DNA from: an uncultured bacterium
Lineage (GTDB): Bacteria; Myxococcota_A; Bradymonadia; UBA7976; VGTA01
DNA length: 64,000 nucleotides
Direction: 5' to 3'
Assembly: GCA_943788935.1 (NCBI GenBank)
Contig: CALSSE010000016.1
Location: 1,759 to 65,758, forward strand
Shown: in pieces, positions 49,317 to 60,462 of the stretch
Layout of the letters: each line of letters starts with the position of its first letter
How positions within the stretch are numbered: position 1 is the first letter of the stretch
Program-made: the position numbers and the translations under genes
Notes under the pieces: generated by a model
What the model saw: only the letters and a program-made list of their open reading frames with translations
Database searches by the model: none
Told to the model about the DNA's origin: nothing

Positions 49317-50900
49317 GTGCCCGCATGGAGGTCTATTATGGGAACAGTCACATCCGAACAAGTCGCGATTCCACATCCTCCTTCTGAGAGGATTCAAGCG
49401 AGAATCAAACTCTATGAAGAGCTTGAAGGTGGTCAAGGTCGAGAAATCTTCTTCCGTCCTCAACGATATACTCCGGATCAGTTCGAGCCGCTGAACATAT
49501 GGGCAGAGCTTAACTTGAGTGGGATTCATTACCGCTGTGAGCTAAGGGATTTATCCCAAGGTGGGCTCGGAGTCGTTTGGCCTCTGCCCGTAATGCCTCA
49601 AATCGGTGATATGATCGATGAAATTACTGTCTGTTTTGATCATCAGTACGCCTATGTCGGTCAAGCAGTGGTGAGCGTGATGCGATCTGAAGAAGAAGGT
49701 CAGTTGGTCGGTCTCGACTTGCGAGATTCGCTGATCAAGGTGGACGCTCTCCTACAAACACGAGACCTTAAACGATTCCACCTGCGTGGTGAGGCGCCCT
49801 TCGGAGGTCGCTTTCAACCCTGGCAAGCAGAGGGTCATCACGAGTTTAAAGGGAGGGTGGCAGAGCTTAAGTTGTTCTTGGAAGACTGGGAGAATCACTT
49901 TGATCGTGTAGAGGCTCAGGCTTCATGGGACTTACTGCGCTTCGAAGAAGATCACCCAACGCGAAGAGCGTTGACGGAGCTCGTTCATCGGGACTTTATG
50001 GCTCCTTTCTTAGAGCAAACTGAACGAGTGTTTGAATCTCTTAGTGGTCTCTCTAAAGCTGAACAAGAGCCGCTGAAGGCTTACTCTCAGAGATACTTAG
50101 ACGCTTACTTCATGAAAGCACCATGGATGCACCGCGCGCGCACCAAGCCCCTCGGCTATCCTGGTGATTATGAGGTGATGAACCACATCTATGGAAGGAG
50201 GCTGCAAGGTCGAACATTGATCGGTCAAGCGATCAATTACGCTACGCTTCACTCTCCAGCTGCTCGAGCGGTGAGAAACCGGAAAGATATGCTCAAGTTT
50301 GAGATGAAGAGAGCCTGTGAGAGGTTAAGCGCTCAAGGTGACATAGAGACGCCAATCAAGATCCTCTCTGTGGCAGCGGGACCTGCTCAAGAGACTTTTG
50401 AATTGCTCTCTGAGATGAAGATGATTACCCGTCCAATAGATATTGTTCTCTTCGACCAAGACGCCGCTGCGCTTGCGTTTGCGTACGGTCGACTTAAGCG
50501 TTTAGTAGACGAGAGATGGCCAGAGCAAGTCCGATTAGTTTATCTACACGACTCGATTCGTCGTCTACTCGAAGACGCAGATATCTTTAGAGGTTTTGGT
50601 CCCTTTGATTCGGTCATCTGTAGCGGGCTCTATGATTACTTACGTCATACCACAGCGGTTAAGCTCACCTCTCACATGCACAATTATTGTGCAGTAAACG
50701 GCTCAGTATATATTGGAAACATGGTACCCAATAATCCGAGCCGATGGCTTATGGAGCATCATCTTGAGTGGGACTTACTCTATCGTGAGCACTCTGAGAT
50801 TATGCGTTTTGCCAATGAGGCAGCGCCCACTGCGAGACATGAGCTGCTCACTGAACCCTCAGGCGTTAACCCTTTTGTACGTATTACTCGACTAGAGTAG
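49317..50900 (+). CDS. Fusion protein: N-terminal PilZ-like (c-di-GMP-binding-type) domain + C-terminal class-I SAM-dependent methyltransferase-like domain
   Basis: PilZ-like FFRPQRY...(25 aa)...ELRDLSQGGLGV (DxSxGG). C-terminal ILSVAAGPAQETFELL ... IVLFDQDAAAL ... VICSGLYDYL resemble Rossmann MTase motifs I, II and post-II. Confidence 0.5.
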   Translation: MPAWRSIMGTVTSEQVAIPHPPSERIQARIKLYEELEGGQGREIFFRPQRYTPDQFEPLNIWAELNLSGIHYRCELRDLSQGGLGVVWPLPVMPQIGDMIDEITVCFDHQYAYVGQAVVSVMRSEEEGQLVGLDLRDSLIKVDALLQTRDLKRFHLRGEAPFGGRFQPWQAEGHHEFKGRVAELKLFLEDWENHFDRVEAQASWDLLRFEEDHPTRRALTELVHRDFMAPFLEQTERVFESLSGLSKAEQEPLKAYSQRYLDAYFMKAPWMHRARTKPLGYPGDYEVMNHIYGRRLQGRTLIGQAINYATLHSPAARAVRNRKDMLKFEMKRACERLSAQGDIETPIKILSVAAGPAQETFELLSEMKMITRPIDIVLFDQDAAALAFAYGRLKRLVDERWPEQVRLVYLHDSIRRLLEDADIFRGFGPFDSVICSGLYDYLRHTTAVKLTSHMHNYCAVNGSVYIGNMVPNNPSRWLMEHHLEWDLLYREHSEIMRFANEAAPTARHELLTEPSGVNPFVRITRLE

Positions 50901-50966
50901 CGTCATAAATGGAGAAACTACTAGTTTAACCGAGCGGATTAAAGAGCGTAGTGACGAGGTGAGGTT

Positions 50967-52853
50967 ATGGAGACACTGAATACCCAATCGATCCTCGCGA
51001 CTAGCCCATGGGAGGTTGAGCTCTCCGAGGTTAATCGAAGAGGGGCTCGAGTCGCGATTTGGCTAGTCCTTATCCTCTATCCTTTATTTGGCTTACTTGA
51101 TTACTTAATTGCCCCAGCTCAATCCCTGCCCTATCTCTTTAGTGGAAGAGCGATGGTGATTATCATCTCTCTGATTATGCTCCGTAGTCTTAACAATGTA
51201 AGGCTTATGGAGAATATTGAAGTCATCAGCGCTCTCTATATGTTCTTAGTGGGGGCGGGGATCACGTTTATGATCTGCTTTATGGGAGGTTTATCTTCCC
51301 CCTATTATGCGGGGCTGAATTTGGTGATGCTCGGCTGTGGCTTACTGTTCGTCTGGCCTCCAAATATCTGTATTTTAACTCATGGGGCGACCTTCACGCT
51401 TTGGTTGCTGCCTAACCTGATTTTTGTGGAGGTCAGTGAGCCTCTAGCGGCGGTCTCGAATGGTTTATTCTTATTCGCGACAGCTTTTATAGTCTCTGCG
51501 GGGCAAATCTTTAATCATCAAAGGCTCTATCAGCAACATAGCACCCAAAGTGATCTCTCAGTCACTCAGCATAATCTCTATCGAGCTCATAAAAAACTGC
51601 AGCAGTTGGATTCTTTTAAGAGTCGATTCTTCGCTAATATCACCCATGAACTAAAGACCCCGCTCGCTCTGATACTCTCCTCAACAGAATTGTTACTCAG
51701 GGATGAATTCGGTTCGATCAGTACTAGCCAACGCTCTCCAGTAGAGCACATGCAGCGACATGGTGTTAAGCTACTAAAGTTAATCAACGACCTCTTGGAC
51801 CTCACAAAAATAGAGGAGTCTCGTCTCAACTTAAGAGTGGCAAACTCTGATATAAGCTCATGGGCATCAGGGCTCATTAAGGAAATTAAACCTCTGGCGG
51901 AGCGTAAGGGAGTCGAGGTGTCTTTTGAATCTCGACTGAGCGAATCGTTCCTTTATTTTGATGCTGAGAGGATGGAGAGAGTGTTGGTGAATCTGCTATC
52001 CAACGCGACCAAATTCACTGATTCTGGGGGGGGAATTAAGATATCGGTTTGGGGTGACGATCATAGGGTGCAACTCTCTGTGGCTGATACAGGTCGGGGA
52101 TTTACCCCCGAGCAGGGCGAGAAGATCTTTGATCGATTCTATCAAACAGATATGGGGTCCAACCGAAAGTATGGAGGGACAGGGATTGGTTTAGCGCTCT
52201 CTCAAGAGCTTGTTGAGCTTCATGGTGGTCAAATTTTTGCGACCGGTGAAGAGGGGGTAGGAGCCACTTTTACGATTTCGTTGCTAAGAGGAGTACACCA
52301 TTTTGACCAAGAGCGAGTCACAGTGAGTGAAGCAGGAGATCCTCGATCTACAGATCAGTGGAGTGAGCCGGTTAGCGATGATATTACCGAAGTCGTTAAT
52401 CTAAGCGCTGAGAGCGAGCTTCGATTTGTGGAGCTTGAGAATGCTTCTGAGCGGCGGGTAGTGGAGAGAGATCCTGATGAGAACCAACGTAAGGCAACAG
52501 TGTTAATCGCTGAAGATAACCCTGATATTACTCGATTACTACACTTAGGGCTACGGAGGCACTTTAAGGTAGTGACCGCTGATAATGGCAAGAAAGCGCT
52601 AGAGCTAATGTCTAGGTTCTCACCATCACTGGTGATCACGGATCTTATGATGCCTGAAATGGATGGTTCAGAGCTCACTCAGAGGATTAAAACTCATCAA
52701 GATTATGCCCATGTTCCTGTTTTGATGCTCAGCGCGAGGGACGGGATTGCAGAAGATATGGCCGAGGCGGGTTTTAGTGCTGATGCTTACATGGCTAAGC
52801 CTTTCTCTACACGAGAGCTCTGTAAGGTGGCTAAACGGATGGCTCTTAAGTGA
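50967..52853 (+). CDS. Hybrid sensor histidine kinase: multi-TM sensor domain + HisKA/HATPase_c + C-terminal receiver domain
   Basis: ~5-6 TM helices, H-box FFANITHELKTPLALIL, N/G boxes (LLSNATKFT, DTGRGF, GGTGIGLAL). Receiver: VLIAEDNPDI...DLMMPEMDG...K. Confidence 0.85.
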   Translation: METLNTQSILATSPWEVELSEVNRRGARVAIWLVLILYPLFGLLDYLIAPAQSLPYLFSGRAMVIIISLIMLRSLNNVRLMENIEVISALYMFLVGAGITFMICFMGGLSSPYYAGLNLVMLGCGLLFVWPPNICILTHGATFTLWLLPNLIFVEVSEPLAAVSNGLFLFATAFIVSAGQIFNHQRLYQQHSTQSDLSVTQHNLYRAHKKLQQLDSFKSRFFANITHELKTPLALILSSTELLLRDEFGSISTSQRSPVEHMQRHGVKLLKLINDLLDLTKIEESRLNLRVANSDISSWASGLIKEIKPLAERKGVEVSFESRLSESFLYFDAERMERVLVNLLSNATKFTDSGGGIKISVWGDDHRVQLSVADTGRGFTPEQGEKIFDRFYQTDMGSNRKYGGTGIGLALSQELVELHGGQIFATGEEGVGATFTISLLRGVHHFDQERVTVSEAGDPRSTDQWSEPVSDDITEVVNLSAESELRFVELENASERRVVERDPDENQRKATVLIAEDNPDITRLLHLGLRRHFKVVTADNGKKALELMSRFSPSLVITDLMMPEMDGSELTQRIKTHQDYAHVPVLMLSARDGIAEDMAEAGFSADAYMAKPFSTRELCKVAKRMALK

Positions 52854-52916
52854 CAATGAATCGCTGATCGACTATGATCTTTCGGTTAATCCATCAGGTT
52901 TTAATGAGCAGAGTCA

Positions 52917-53987
52917 TTGTGGAGCATTATTATGAGAGAGCATCACATCCAAGGCAAGTATTGGGCTGTCACGGTAGAGGAGGAGTTTGGTCTAGACTCA
53001 CTCGTCATGAGAGAGCAAAGTCATGAGGCGATAAGAGCAGGAGAGGCGCGAGTTCAGCTCAGTCATTCAGCGCTCAATTATCGAGACCTAATGATGATTG
53101 AGGGGCGATATAATCCTCGCCAATCATTACCTCTCATCCCTTGCTCTGATGGTGTAGGCGTCGTTTCAGAGGTGACAGACTCTACTTCATGGAGTGTCGG
53201 AGACCGAGTGATCCCTATCTTTTCTCAGGATTGGCGAGATGGAGAGCCGAGCAGACGAGTCACCGAGAGCACTTTGGGAGGACCTCTCCCTGGTACTCTA
53301 AGGCAGAGCGCAGTCTTTACAACAGGAGGCCTAGTCGCTGTCCCTGACTATCTCACTGATGCAGAGGCTTCAACGATGGGCTGTGCCGCCCTGACCGCAT
53401 GGAGCGCACTCATCGAGCTAGGCAAGATCAAAGCAGGTGATCATGTTCTGTGTATCGGTACGGGAGGAGTGTCACTGTTTGCCGCTCAGATCGCAGCGAT
53501 GAGTGGTGCTCGGGTGACGCTTCTCTCCCGTTCTGAAGAGAAGCTCGCTCGGGTGTTGAGCCATCCTCATTTAAGCCCATACACATCATATATCACTCCG
53601 ATTTTTACCCCCGCTGATCAACCTTGGGGAAAGCGAGTGAGGGAAGAGCGAGGAGAGGTCGATCACGTGGTCGAAGTTGGTGGTGCGGGAACGCTCAGCC
53701 AATCGTTACGGGTCGTGAGAGCGGGAGGAGTGATCAGCTTGATCGGTGTTTTGTCTGGGGGTGGAGGAGAGCTTAATCTAACGCCGGTTCTTATGAGACA
53801 AGTGAGGATTCAGGGGGTAATCGTCGGGCATAAAGCCGGCTTAATGCGTATGCTTAAGGCCTTCTCGACTCATGAACTTCGTCCTGTATTAGACGAGAGG
53901 GCCTTTCATCTATCAGAAGCTAGACAAGCATTTGAATACCTCAAGGCAGCACAACATACCGGTAAAGTCGTTATTCAACACTCTTAA
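52917..53987 (+). CDS. Medium-chain dehydrogenase/reductase (quinone-oxidoreductase/zinc-ADH-like) NAD(P)-dependent oxidoreductase
   Basis: GxGxxG-type nucleotide fold (VLCIGTGGVSLFAAQIA) and MDR N-terminal GroES-like region (ALNYRDLMMIEGRY). Start may be the internal Met (MREHHIQ). Confidence 0.75.
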   Translation: MWSIIMREHHIQGKYWAVTVEEEFGLDSLVMREQSHEAIRAGEARVQLSHSALNYRDLMMIEGRYNPRQSLPLIPCSDGVGVVSEVTDSTSWSVGDRVIPIFSQDWRDGEPSRRVTESTLGGPLPGTLRQSAVFTTGGLVAVPDYLTDAEASTMGCAALTAWSALIELGKIKAGDHVLCIGTGGVSLFAAQIAAMSGARVTLLSRSEEKLARVLSHPHLSPYTSYITPIFTPADQPWGKRVREERGEVDHVVEVGGAGTLSQSLRVVRAGGVISLIGVLSGGGGELNLTPVLMRQVRIQGVIVGHKAGLMRMLKAFSTHELRPVLDERAFHLSEARQAFEYLKAAQHTGKVVIQHS

Positions 53988-54216
53988 TGATTCACTCCTT
54001 TTCAAGGTAAGAGGGCTTTAAACAACAATCTATTGGCGATCAAAGAGATAATATATTACATCTCTGATCGACATACAGTATATGGACGCTGAGTTGGCTA
54101 TGTAGTGTGAAGGCTCAATACACACCACAGTCGAGATTGATTAATGATCGACGGGTAGATACAGAGCGCAAGATAGACTGAGCTTTTACCAACGGCAGAG
54201 AGATAAGGCAGACAGC

Positions 54217-56016
54217 ATGAGCGAGAAAAAGATAAGAAACTTTGCGATCATCGCCCACATCGATCATGGGAAGTCAACCCTCGCAGATCGAATCCTAGGA
54301 CTCACCGGCGCGGTGAGTGAGCGTGAGCGGATGGATCAACAGTTAGACTCAATGGATCTCGAACGTGAGCGAGGGATCACCATCAAGTCACAAGCGGTTC
54401 GTTTGCCTTATGTAGCGGCCAATGGTGATCGTTATGAGTTCAATCTGATCGACACGCCTGGACACGTCGACTTCACATATGAAGTTTCTCGAAGTTTGGC
54501 GGCATGTGATGGCGCGATTTTAGTCGTTGACGCCTCACAGGGCGTCGAGGCTCAGACTCTCGCTAATGTCTATTTGGCACTCGATAATGATTTAGAGATC
54601 CTACCGGTACTCAATAAAATAGATCTCCCTGCCGCTGATACTGAGCGGGTGAGCGACGAAATAGAAGATATTATCGGTCTCGATGCGAGTGAAGCGGTTC
54701 ACATCTCGGCGAAGAGTGGTCTTGGAGTGGCTGATGTACTCGAGGCTATTGTCCGAAAACTGCCAGCACCTGAAGATAATCTTGATAAACCATTACGGGC
54801 GCTCCTGTTTGACTCTTGGTATGACACTTATCGAGGGGTGATCATCTTAATCCGCGTTGTCGATGGTGAGATCAAGAAGGGGAGTAAGATCTTTCTTAAA
54901 GGCGTGGGAGAGGCTTATGATGTCTTGGAAGTAGGTGCTTTTACACCGAAAGCGGTTCAGCTTGATACGCTCACCGCAGGAGATGTGGGCTTCGTGATCG
55001 CCAATATCAAAGAGGTGCGGCATGCGCAGGTTGGTGATACGATCGTTGACTATAAACTCAGAGAAGAATTAAACCCATTACCCGGGTTCAAGCCTATTAT
55101 TCCGGTGGTCTTCAGTGGTTTATTTCCTGTCATTTCATCTGATTATGATGATCTACGTGACGCTCTAGAGAAGCTGCGTCTCAATGATGCAGCCTTTCAG
55201 TTTGAGCCAGAGACTTCGGCAGCTTTAGGTTTTGGGTTCAGATGTGGATTCCTCGGCTTATTACACCTCGAGATTATTCAAGAGCGCCTGGAGAGAGAGT
55301 TCAATATGGACCTCATCACCACCGCGCCTACTGTCGTTTATAATGTTTACACTACTGAGGGCGGGTTCTTGAACGTCGATAACCCCTCACTGCTCCCCGA
55401 TCCAGCAGAGATTAAATACATCGATGAGCCGATCATTAAGGCGACCATTCATATCCCAGAGAAATTTTGCGGGCAGGTACTTAAGCTCTGTGAAGAGAGA
55501 CGCGGGAGTCAGATCGAGTTAAAATACGTTGGTCGTGATCGAATGATGGTCGTTTATCATCTCCCCCTCGCTGAGGTGGTCTTTGACTTCTTCGATAGAC
55601 TTAAGAGCGTCACCAGAGGCTATGGGAGTTTTGAGTATGAGGTTGATGGATATCAAACATCCAATCTCGTTAAACTCGATATTAAACTTAATGGTGATAA
55701 CGTAGACGCGCTCTCGATTATTGTTCACCGTGAGAAAGCCTATGAGAGAGGGAAGGTGCTCTGCGAGCGCTTGCGAAAGGTGATCGACCGACAACAGTTT
55801 GATGTCGCCATTCAATCAGCGATCGGTAATAAGATTATCTCTCGAGAGACGGTGAAAGCCCTCCGTAAAGACGTTACCGCTAAATGTTATGGCGGAGACA
55901 TCTCTCGTAAAAGAAAGTTACTCGAGAAGCAGAAGGCGGGTAAAAAGCGCATGAAGCAGGTCGGTAATGTCGAGGTCTCACAAGAAGCCTTCTTGGCCAT
56001 ACTAAAGGTGGATTAA
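54217..56016 (+). CDS. lepA: Elongation factor 4 (translational GTPase LepA)
   Basis: [32 protein letters not shown] GTPase motifs. 599 aa with the characteristic C-terminal domain. Confidence 0.95.
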   Translation: MSEKKIRNFAIIAHIDHGKSTLADRILGLTGAVSERERMDQQLDSMDLERERGITIKSQAVRLPYVAANGDRYEFNLIDTPGHVDFTYEVSRSLAACDGAILVVDASQGVEAQTLANVYLALDNDLEILPVLNKIDLPAADTERVSDEIEDIIGLDASEAVHISAKSGLGVADVLEAIVRKLPAPEDNLDKPLRALLFDSWYDTYRGVIILIRVVDGEIKKGSKIFLKGVGEAYDVLEVGAFTPKAVQLDTLTAGDVGFVIANIKEVRHAQVGDTIVDYKLREELNPLPGFKPIIPVVFSGLFPVISSDYDDLRDALEKLRLNDAAFQFEPETSAALGFGFRCGFLGLLHLEIIQERLEREFNMDLITTAPTVVYNVYTTEGGFLNVDNPSLLPDPAEIKYIDEPIIKATIHIPEKFCGQVLKLCEERRGSQIELKYVGRDRMMVVYHLPLAEVVFDFFDRLKSVTRGYGSFEYEVDGYQTSNLVKLDIKLNGDNVDALSIIVHREKAYERGKVLCERLRKVIDRQQFDVAIQSAIGNKIISRETVKALRKDVTAKCYGGDISRKRKLLEKQKAGKKRMKQVGNVEVSQEAFLAILKVD

Positions 56017-56019
56017 TAC

Positions 56020-56994
56020 GTGTCAAAGTCGGATAAACAAAGCGCAAGTCAGTCTAAAGAGGCGTCTCAGTCAGAGGAGCGTGAATCTAGAGAAGAGAAG
56101 GAACAAAGCGCTTCGATCTCAAGCGAAGATGAGCTCATCTATAAAGAGACCCCAGGAGAAGTATTTCGATCTTTTCTCACTGCGATCGGTCTCGCGATCT
56201 TACTGCGAATCTTTATTTTTGAGGCTTACACGATCCCTTCTGGCTCTATGATCCCTACTTTAGCGGTCGGTGATTATATATTTATCAACAAGCTCGCTTA
56301 TGGATTGTGGAACCCCTTCTCTGGTCGACAAGGAGTTAATTGGGGAGGCCCCACTCGGGGAGATGTGATCGTCTTTGACTATCCCTGTGATGAAAAAGAC
56401 TATATTAAGCGAGTCGTGGCGGTGTCAGGAGACACAGTAGAGGTCTCACCTGAGGGATTCCTTCGTCTTAATGGTCAGTGGGTGAGAGAAGAGAATAAGG
56501 GTCTCTTCGAGGAGTATATGCACTTTGAGCCGAGTGTTGACTATCGCTTAAATAAATACGATGTACAGTTACCCATTTCGGACTCAGCTTCGGTTTCTTT
56601 CTCGGTGCTTCATCGAGCGCCGTTTCTGGGTGCGGAGACCGCGAGTGAAGGTTCTTTTGATTGGAATCAACGCGCTCCCGTATATGGAGAGGTGAGCGCT
56701 AAACAGCAGCCTCATTACATCTGTCTAGAGCGAGGGAAGATGGTCTCGATCCCTCAATATTCTTTCCCTTGGAAGGTGCCTGAGGGCCACGTCTTCGTTA
56801 TGGGAGATAATCGAGACCACTCTTATGATTCTCGTTTTTGGGGCTTTGTGCCCATAGAGAACATAAAGGGGAGAGCGAGCTTCATTTGGCTCAGTATCCA
56901 TCATGAAAAGAGTCTATTTAACGGTAAGGTAAGGACAGAACGTCTCTTCGAAGGACTCAACCCTGAGGACGTTGAAGAGGAGGTGAATCAATGA
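56020..56994 (+). CDS. lepB: Signal peptidase I
   Basis: IPSGSMIPTL (Ser box), GDNRDHSYDSRFWGFVP (box E). Classic lepA-lepB adjacency. Acidic Ser/Glu-rich N-terminal extension. Confidence 0.9.
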   Translation: MSKSDKQSASQSKEASQSEERESREEKEQSASISSEDELIYKETPGEVFRSFLTAIGLAILLRIFIFEAYTIPSGSMIPTLAVGDYIFINKLAYGLWNPFSGRQGVNWGGPTRGDVIVFDYPCDEKDYIKRVVAVSGDTVEVSPEGFLRLNGQWVREENKGLFEEYMHFEPSVDYRLNKYDVQLPISDSASVSFSVLHRAPFLGAETASEGSFDWNQRAPVYGEVSAKQQPHYICLERGKMVSIPQYSFPWKVPEGHVFVMGDNRDHSYDSRFWGFVPIENIKGRASFIWLSIHHEKSLFNGKVRTERLFEGLNPEDVEEEVNQ

Positions 56995-58199
56995 GATTTC
57001 AGCTTTATAAACGCCCTCAACTACGTGGTATGAGACAGAGCAATATTGAATTGAGAGCTACCCAGCCTAATATTATGGGAGCGCTCTCTCTACCACTCGC
57101 TTTACTGTTAAGCTTATATACTGCTGTGGAGAGCTTTGCTGACCCGCTACCTCCCTCTCGACGCGTTTTCTCCGCGGACCTCGATCTTGATGGTTCAGAT
57201 GAGCTATTGATCGCTCATAACGCTCAGCTCAGCGCTTGGCGTTGGCTCAATAAAGACGAAGGTTGGACAAAGCTGTGGAAGATTGACGGTCCCGGAGTCG
57301 CTCAAAAGGTATTACGCTCTCCTCAATATCCATCTCTTCTTGTGGCGTGGGGTATGGGGAAGGGGAAGATGGTCGCCCCGATCACAGTGTCCAAAGTAGA
57401 CCCTCTCACCGGCCAAAATAAAGCGCTTTGGGAGTTTAAGGGAGGACGTTCACAGATCGTCTCCTTACAGTTACTTCAGGCTGATGAAGACCCTGACTTA
57501 GAGCTATTGGTCGCTCACTTTGTTAGTAAGTACCACACTCGAAGAGTCATACTTGATAAGCTCGAAGGAGCAAAGCCTGAAGAGCACCTCAGCAGCCAAA
57601 TACGTATGGCAACCTCTTGGTTGATCGCTGATATCGATGGTAAGCCTGGTCTAGAAGAGGTCATCGGTAGAGTCTACGGTGAAGAGAGAGGAGAATATGG
57701 AGATCTATCGGTTCACCCATTTACCCTAGACGCAGCAAAGCTATCTATCACTGAAGTCATCCCCACCGCACGAGGGGTCAAGGGAATCTACGCTTGGCCA
57801 TCGTTGTCTGCTAAAGAGAGTGGATCACAGCTCTTCTTCTCCGATGGTTGGGTCGCCGCCTATGGGAAGAGAGCTAAGGCAGGGTTAAAGCGACTGTTTT
57901 GGCGTGATGGACGGATTAATGTGGAGAGCTTAGCGAGCTCTCCGAAAGAATTTACTTTCTTTGACATGTGGCGGAGAGTTGACCCTGTAACATCGCTCCC
58001 ACTCCTCTTTGCTCAAGGGAACCAGGGCATCAACTTACTTAGTCCTCGATTGAGGGGACCATGGCGATCAGTACAGCTCCTCAAGACACCACCCATCGTG
58101 AACGCTGCGATCGCCTATAGCGGTTCTTCATGGTGGGCGTTTATTCCTTCGGAGAGCGGTACGCAAGCCAATCGGCTCTCTCTCCCACCTGCTCTTTAA
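56991..58199 (+). CDS. Hypothetical secreted protein with FG-GAP/VCBS-like repeats
   Basis: Signal peptide, then repeated ADLDLDGSDELL / ADIDGKPGLEEV motifs. Confidence 0.5.
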   Translation: MRFQLYKRPQLRGMRQSNIELRATQPNIMGALSLPLALLLSLYTAVESFADPLPPSRRVFSADLDLDGSDELLIAHNAQLSAWRWLNKDEGWTKLWKIDGPGVAQKVLRSPQYPSLLVAWGMGKGKMVAPITVSKVDPLTGQNKALWEFKGGRSQIVSLQLLQADEDPDLELLVAHFVSKYHTRRVILDKLEGAKPEEHLSSQIRMATSWLIADIDGKPGLEEVIGRVYGEERGEYGDLSVHPFTLDAAKLSITEVIPTARGVKGIYAWPSLSAKESGSQLFFSDGWVAAYGKRAKAGLKRLFWRDGRINVESLASSPKEFTFFDMWRRVDPVTSLPLLFAQGNQGINLLSPRLRGPWRSVQLLKTPPIVNAAIAYSGSSWWAFIPSESGTQANRLSLPPAL

Positions 58200-58206
58200 C
58201 GTCGCT

Positions 58207-58692
58207 TTGAGTCTTCAAGAGTCTCTGGTGGTTGACCATAAGTATGACCTCAGTGATCAGCGCTCAGGCAGAGTGTTAGGGGTTGACTATGGTGAGCGCC
58301 GAATAGGGGTAGCGCTCAGCGACGAGAGACATATTTTCGCTCAAGCGCTTACTACTCTTCAGCGTCGACGGGGGGGAGATGAGTCAGCGGCCGAGCAGAT
58401 TAAAACCTTAGTTACTGAGCACAGCGTCACTCAAATCGTCATTGGGTGGCCCCTGCGGTTGAATGGTAAAGAGGGGATTCAGACCCAAAAGGTGGGCCGC
58501 TTCATAGAGTGTCTTCAGCCATTAGGTTTAATCATTCATAAGTGGGATGAGCGTCTCTCTACGGTGAGCGCAGAGCGAGCGCTAAGAGATAGCGGGGTCA
58601 AGGGAAGCTCTCGTCGAGCTGTCATTGACCAAGTCGCGGCAGCGGTGATATTACAGGCTTGGCTTGACGCGCAGAGCGCTATGCGGTCATGA
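58207..58692 (+). CDS. ruvX: Putative pre-16S rRNA nuclease / Holliday-junction-resolvase-like YqgF (RuvX)
   Basis: RVLGVDYGERRIGVALSD (RNase H-like YqgF N-terminal motif). ~140-160 aa. Confidence 0.8.
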   Translation: MSLQESLVVDHKYDLSDQRSGRVLGVDYGERRIGVALSDERHIFAQALTTLQRRRGGDESAAEQIKTLVTEHSVTQIVIGWPLRLNGKEGIQTQKVGRFIECLQPLGLIIHKWDERLSTVSAERALRDSGVKGSSRRAVIDQVAAAVILQAWLDAQSAMRS

Positions 58693-59371
58693 TCACGGTC
58701 AGCTAGAATCATTGATATGCGGAGAGAATATGAGCAACAAAAAGGACGCTGACCTCGACTCTGACCTCGACTCTGACCTTAATCCTCAGCCGACCACTGA
58801 GCTCGCCCCCGCTTCTTCAGAGATAGAGGGAGAAAGGGCAGAGAGGCCACCGCGGGTCGTGATTGAGTTTCAAGGGGTCTCGAAGCAAGTGATGGCTCAG
58901 GTTTGGGAACAGCTCAAGGAGGGGGGGATTCCAGAGGGGCCAGCTTACACGCTTGCACGATCCATGCTCGATCATCCGCACTGGGTAGCTTTTTATGAGA
59001 CGATAGGAATTTTTGAAACCGGAGAAGATCATTATCCAGGCGATGTAGACCCCTTTCTACATGTCAATCTTCACTTCTTGATCGGGTTACAAATCCTAAA
59101 CGCTTCTCCTCTCGGGGCCCAGAGCTTTTATATATACCGTGAAGAAGAGGGCGATCAACCACATGAAATCATCCACATCATGATGGAGGCCTTTCAGAGG
59201 CACTTAGTGTGGACCGCGCTTAATGCAGGCCCTGAGGGAAAATTCGATATGGCAGCTTATGAAGCGACTTTAAAAACTTTAGAAGCTCTACCGATCAGTG
59301 AAATTTGGGAACGACTCGATCATGATGAGAGGCCAACCCTCCATCCGGAGGCCTATGAGCAGCAATTTTAG
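58664..59371 (+). CDS. Hypothetical protein with (DLDS)3 in-frame repeat near the N-terminus (true start probably the internal MSNKKD)
   Basis: ORF. 12-nt x3 repeat gacctcgactct at 58747..58780. No family recognised. Confidence 0.45.
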   Translation: MTRRALCGHDHGQLESLICGENMSNKKDADLDSDLDSDLNPQPTTELAPASSEIEGERAERPPRVVIEFQGVSKQVMAQVWEQLKEGGIPEGPAYTLARSMLDHPHWVAFYETIGIFETGEDHYPGDVDPFLHVNLHFLIGLQILNASPLGAQSFYIYREEEGDQPHEIIHIMMEAFQRHLVWTALNAGPEGKFDMAAYEATLKTLEALPISEIWERLDHDERPTLHPEAYEQQF

Positions 59372-59548
59372 TTTAAAATCGTTACTACCCACCAAGAGTG
59401 GCTGTCTCTTTCTCCTCTTGTTAGGTGTGATCACTAGTGGGCTCGCTTACGGTATTTTTTGGATCTTAATGAATATGCCTCAAGGTTCCTAGGTGCGCCT
59501 CTTCACTCTATCTCTATTCTCGGATAAAGCTCTACGGAGCATATAGGT

Positions 59549-60367
59549 TTGGCCATGAGCGAAGCACCTCTCTCCTTAATACAAGCAGCTATATTAGGCT
59601 TGATTCAAGCTCTCACCGAGTTTTTGCCAGTCTCTTCTAGCGGTCATTTAGTGATCGGTCAGGCCCTCCTCGAGATCGACTCTGGAGGAGGGGCGAGCTT
59701 TGAGGTCGCGGTACACATGGGAACTCTTCTCAGCATTCTCGTCGTTCTACGTGATGAGGTATTAAGCCTCTTAAGAGGATGTGTCTTAAGTCAGCATCGT
59801 ACGTCTGCTTGGCGAGAAGAGACCACTTTTATTATTTTAAGCGCTGTCCCCGCTGGTTTGATCGGGGTCTTCTTCAAAGATCTCTTAGAGAGCGCCTTTA
59901 ATCACTTATGGCTAGTGGGGGCCACTTTAACCTTCACAGGAGTGATCCTCCTCAGCACCAAGAGTCGTCAAGGAGCAAGGGAGAGGTTGACCCTCATCGA
60001 CAGTCTCTTGATCGGTCTCGCACAAGCGATCGCTATCCTCCCCGGGGTTTCTCGATCAGGGGCGACCATCTCTGCCGCATTATGGTTAGGCATTGAGCGA
60101 GATCGAGCGGCTCGACTCAGCTTCTTGATGTCACTCCCTGTGGTCGGAGGTGCCGGTTTACTAAAAGCTCTAGACTTATCCACTCAGGCTCTATCGAGTG
60201 AACTCGTTTACGCCATGTCGGTTGGGGCGATCATCTCATTCATAATTGGCATATTCGCCCTCAAGGCGATGCTTAAGTGGATCATTAAGCCCTCTTTCGC
60301 CTATTTCGGGGTCTACTGTCTGCTGATGGGTCTAATAATATTGAGTTACAGCTGTCATCTATTTTAA
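59549..60367 (+). CDS. uppP: Undecaprenyl-diphosphate phosphatase
   Basis: LPVSSSGHL and SRSGATI (BacA/UppP motifs), 8 TM-like segments, 272 aa. Confidence 0.9.
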   Translation: MAMSEAPLSLIQAAILGLIQALTEFLPVSSSGHLVIGQALLEIDSGGGASFEVAVHMGTLLSILVVLRDEVLSLLRGCVLSQHRTSAWREETTFIILSAVPAGLIGVFFKDLLESAFNHLWLVGATLTFTGVILLSTKSRQGARERLTLIDSLLIGLAQAIAILPGVSRSGATISAALWLGIERDRAARLSFLMSLPVVGGAGLLKALDLSTQALSSELVYAMSVGAIISFIIGIFALKAMLKWIIKPSFAYFGVYCLLMGLIILSYSCHLF

Positions 60368-60424
60368 TCGCTAGATATTTGAAGAGGGAATAGAGAGGTG
60401 AGATCTTGGTTAACTCATGGCCAA

Positions 60425-60462
60425 CTCTTGACGAATCCTTGACGAATCCTTGACGAATCCTT
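60425..60462. repeat. Intergenic 12-nt tandem repeat x3 (ccttgacgaatc) downstream of uppP
   Basis: ccttgacgaatccttgacgaatccttgacgaatccttgattg. Confidence 0.8.
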
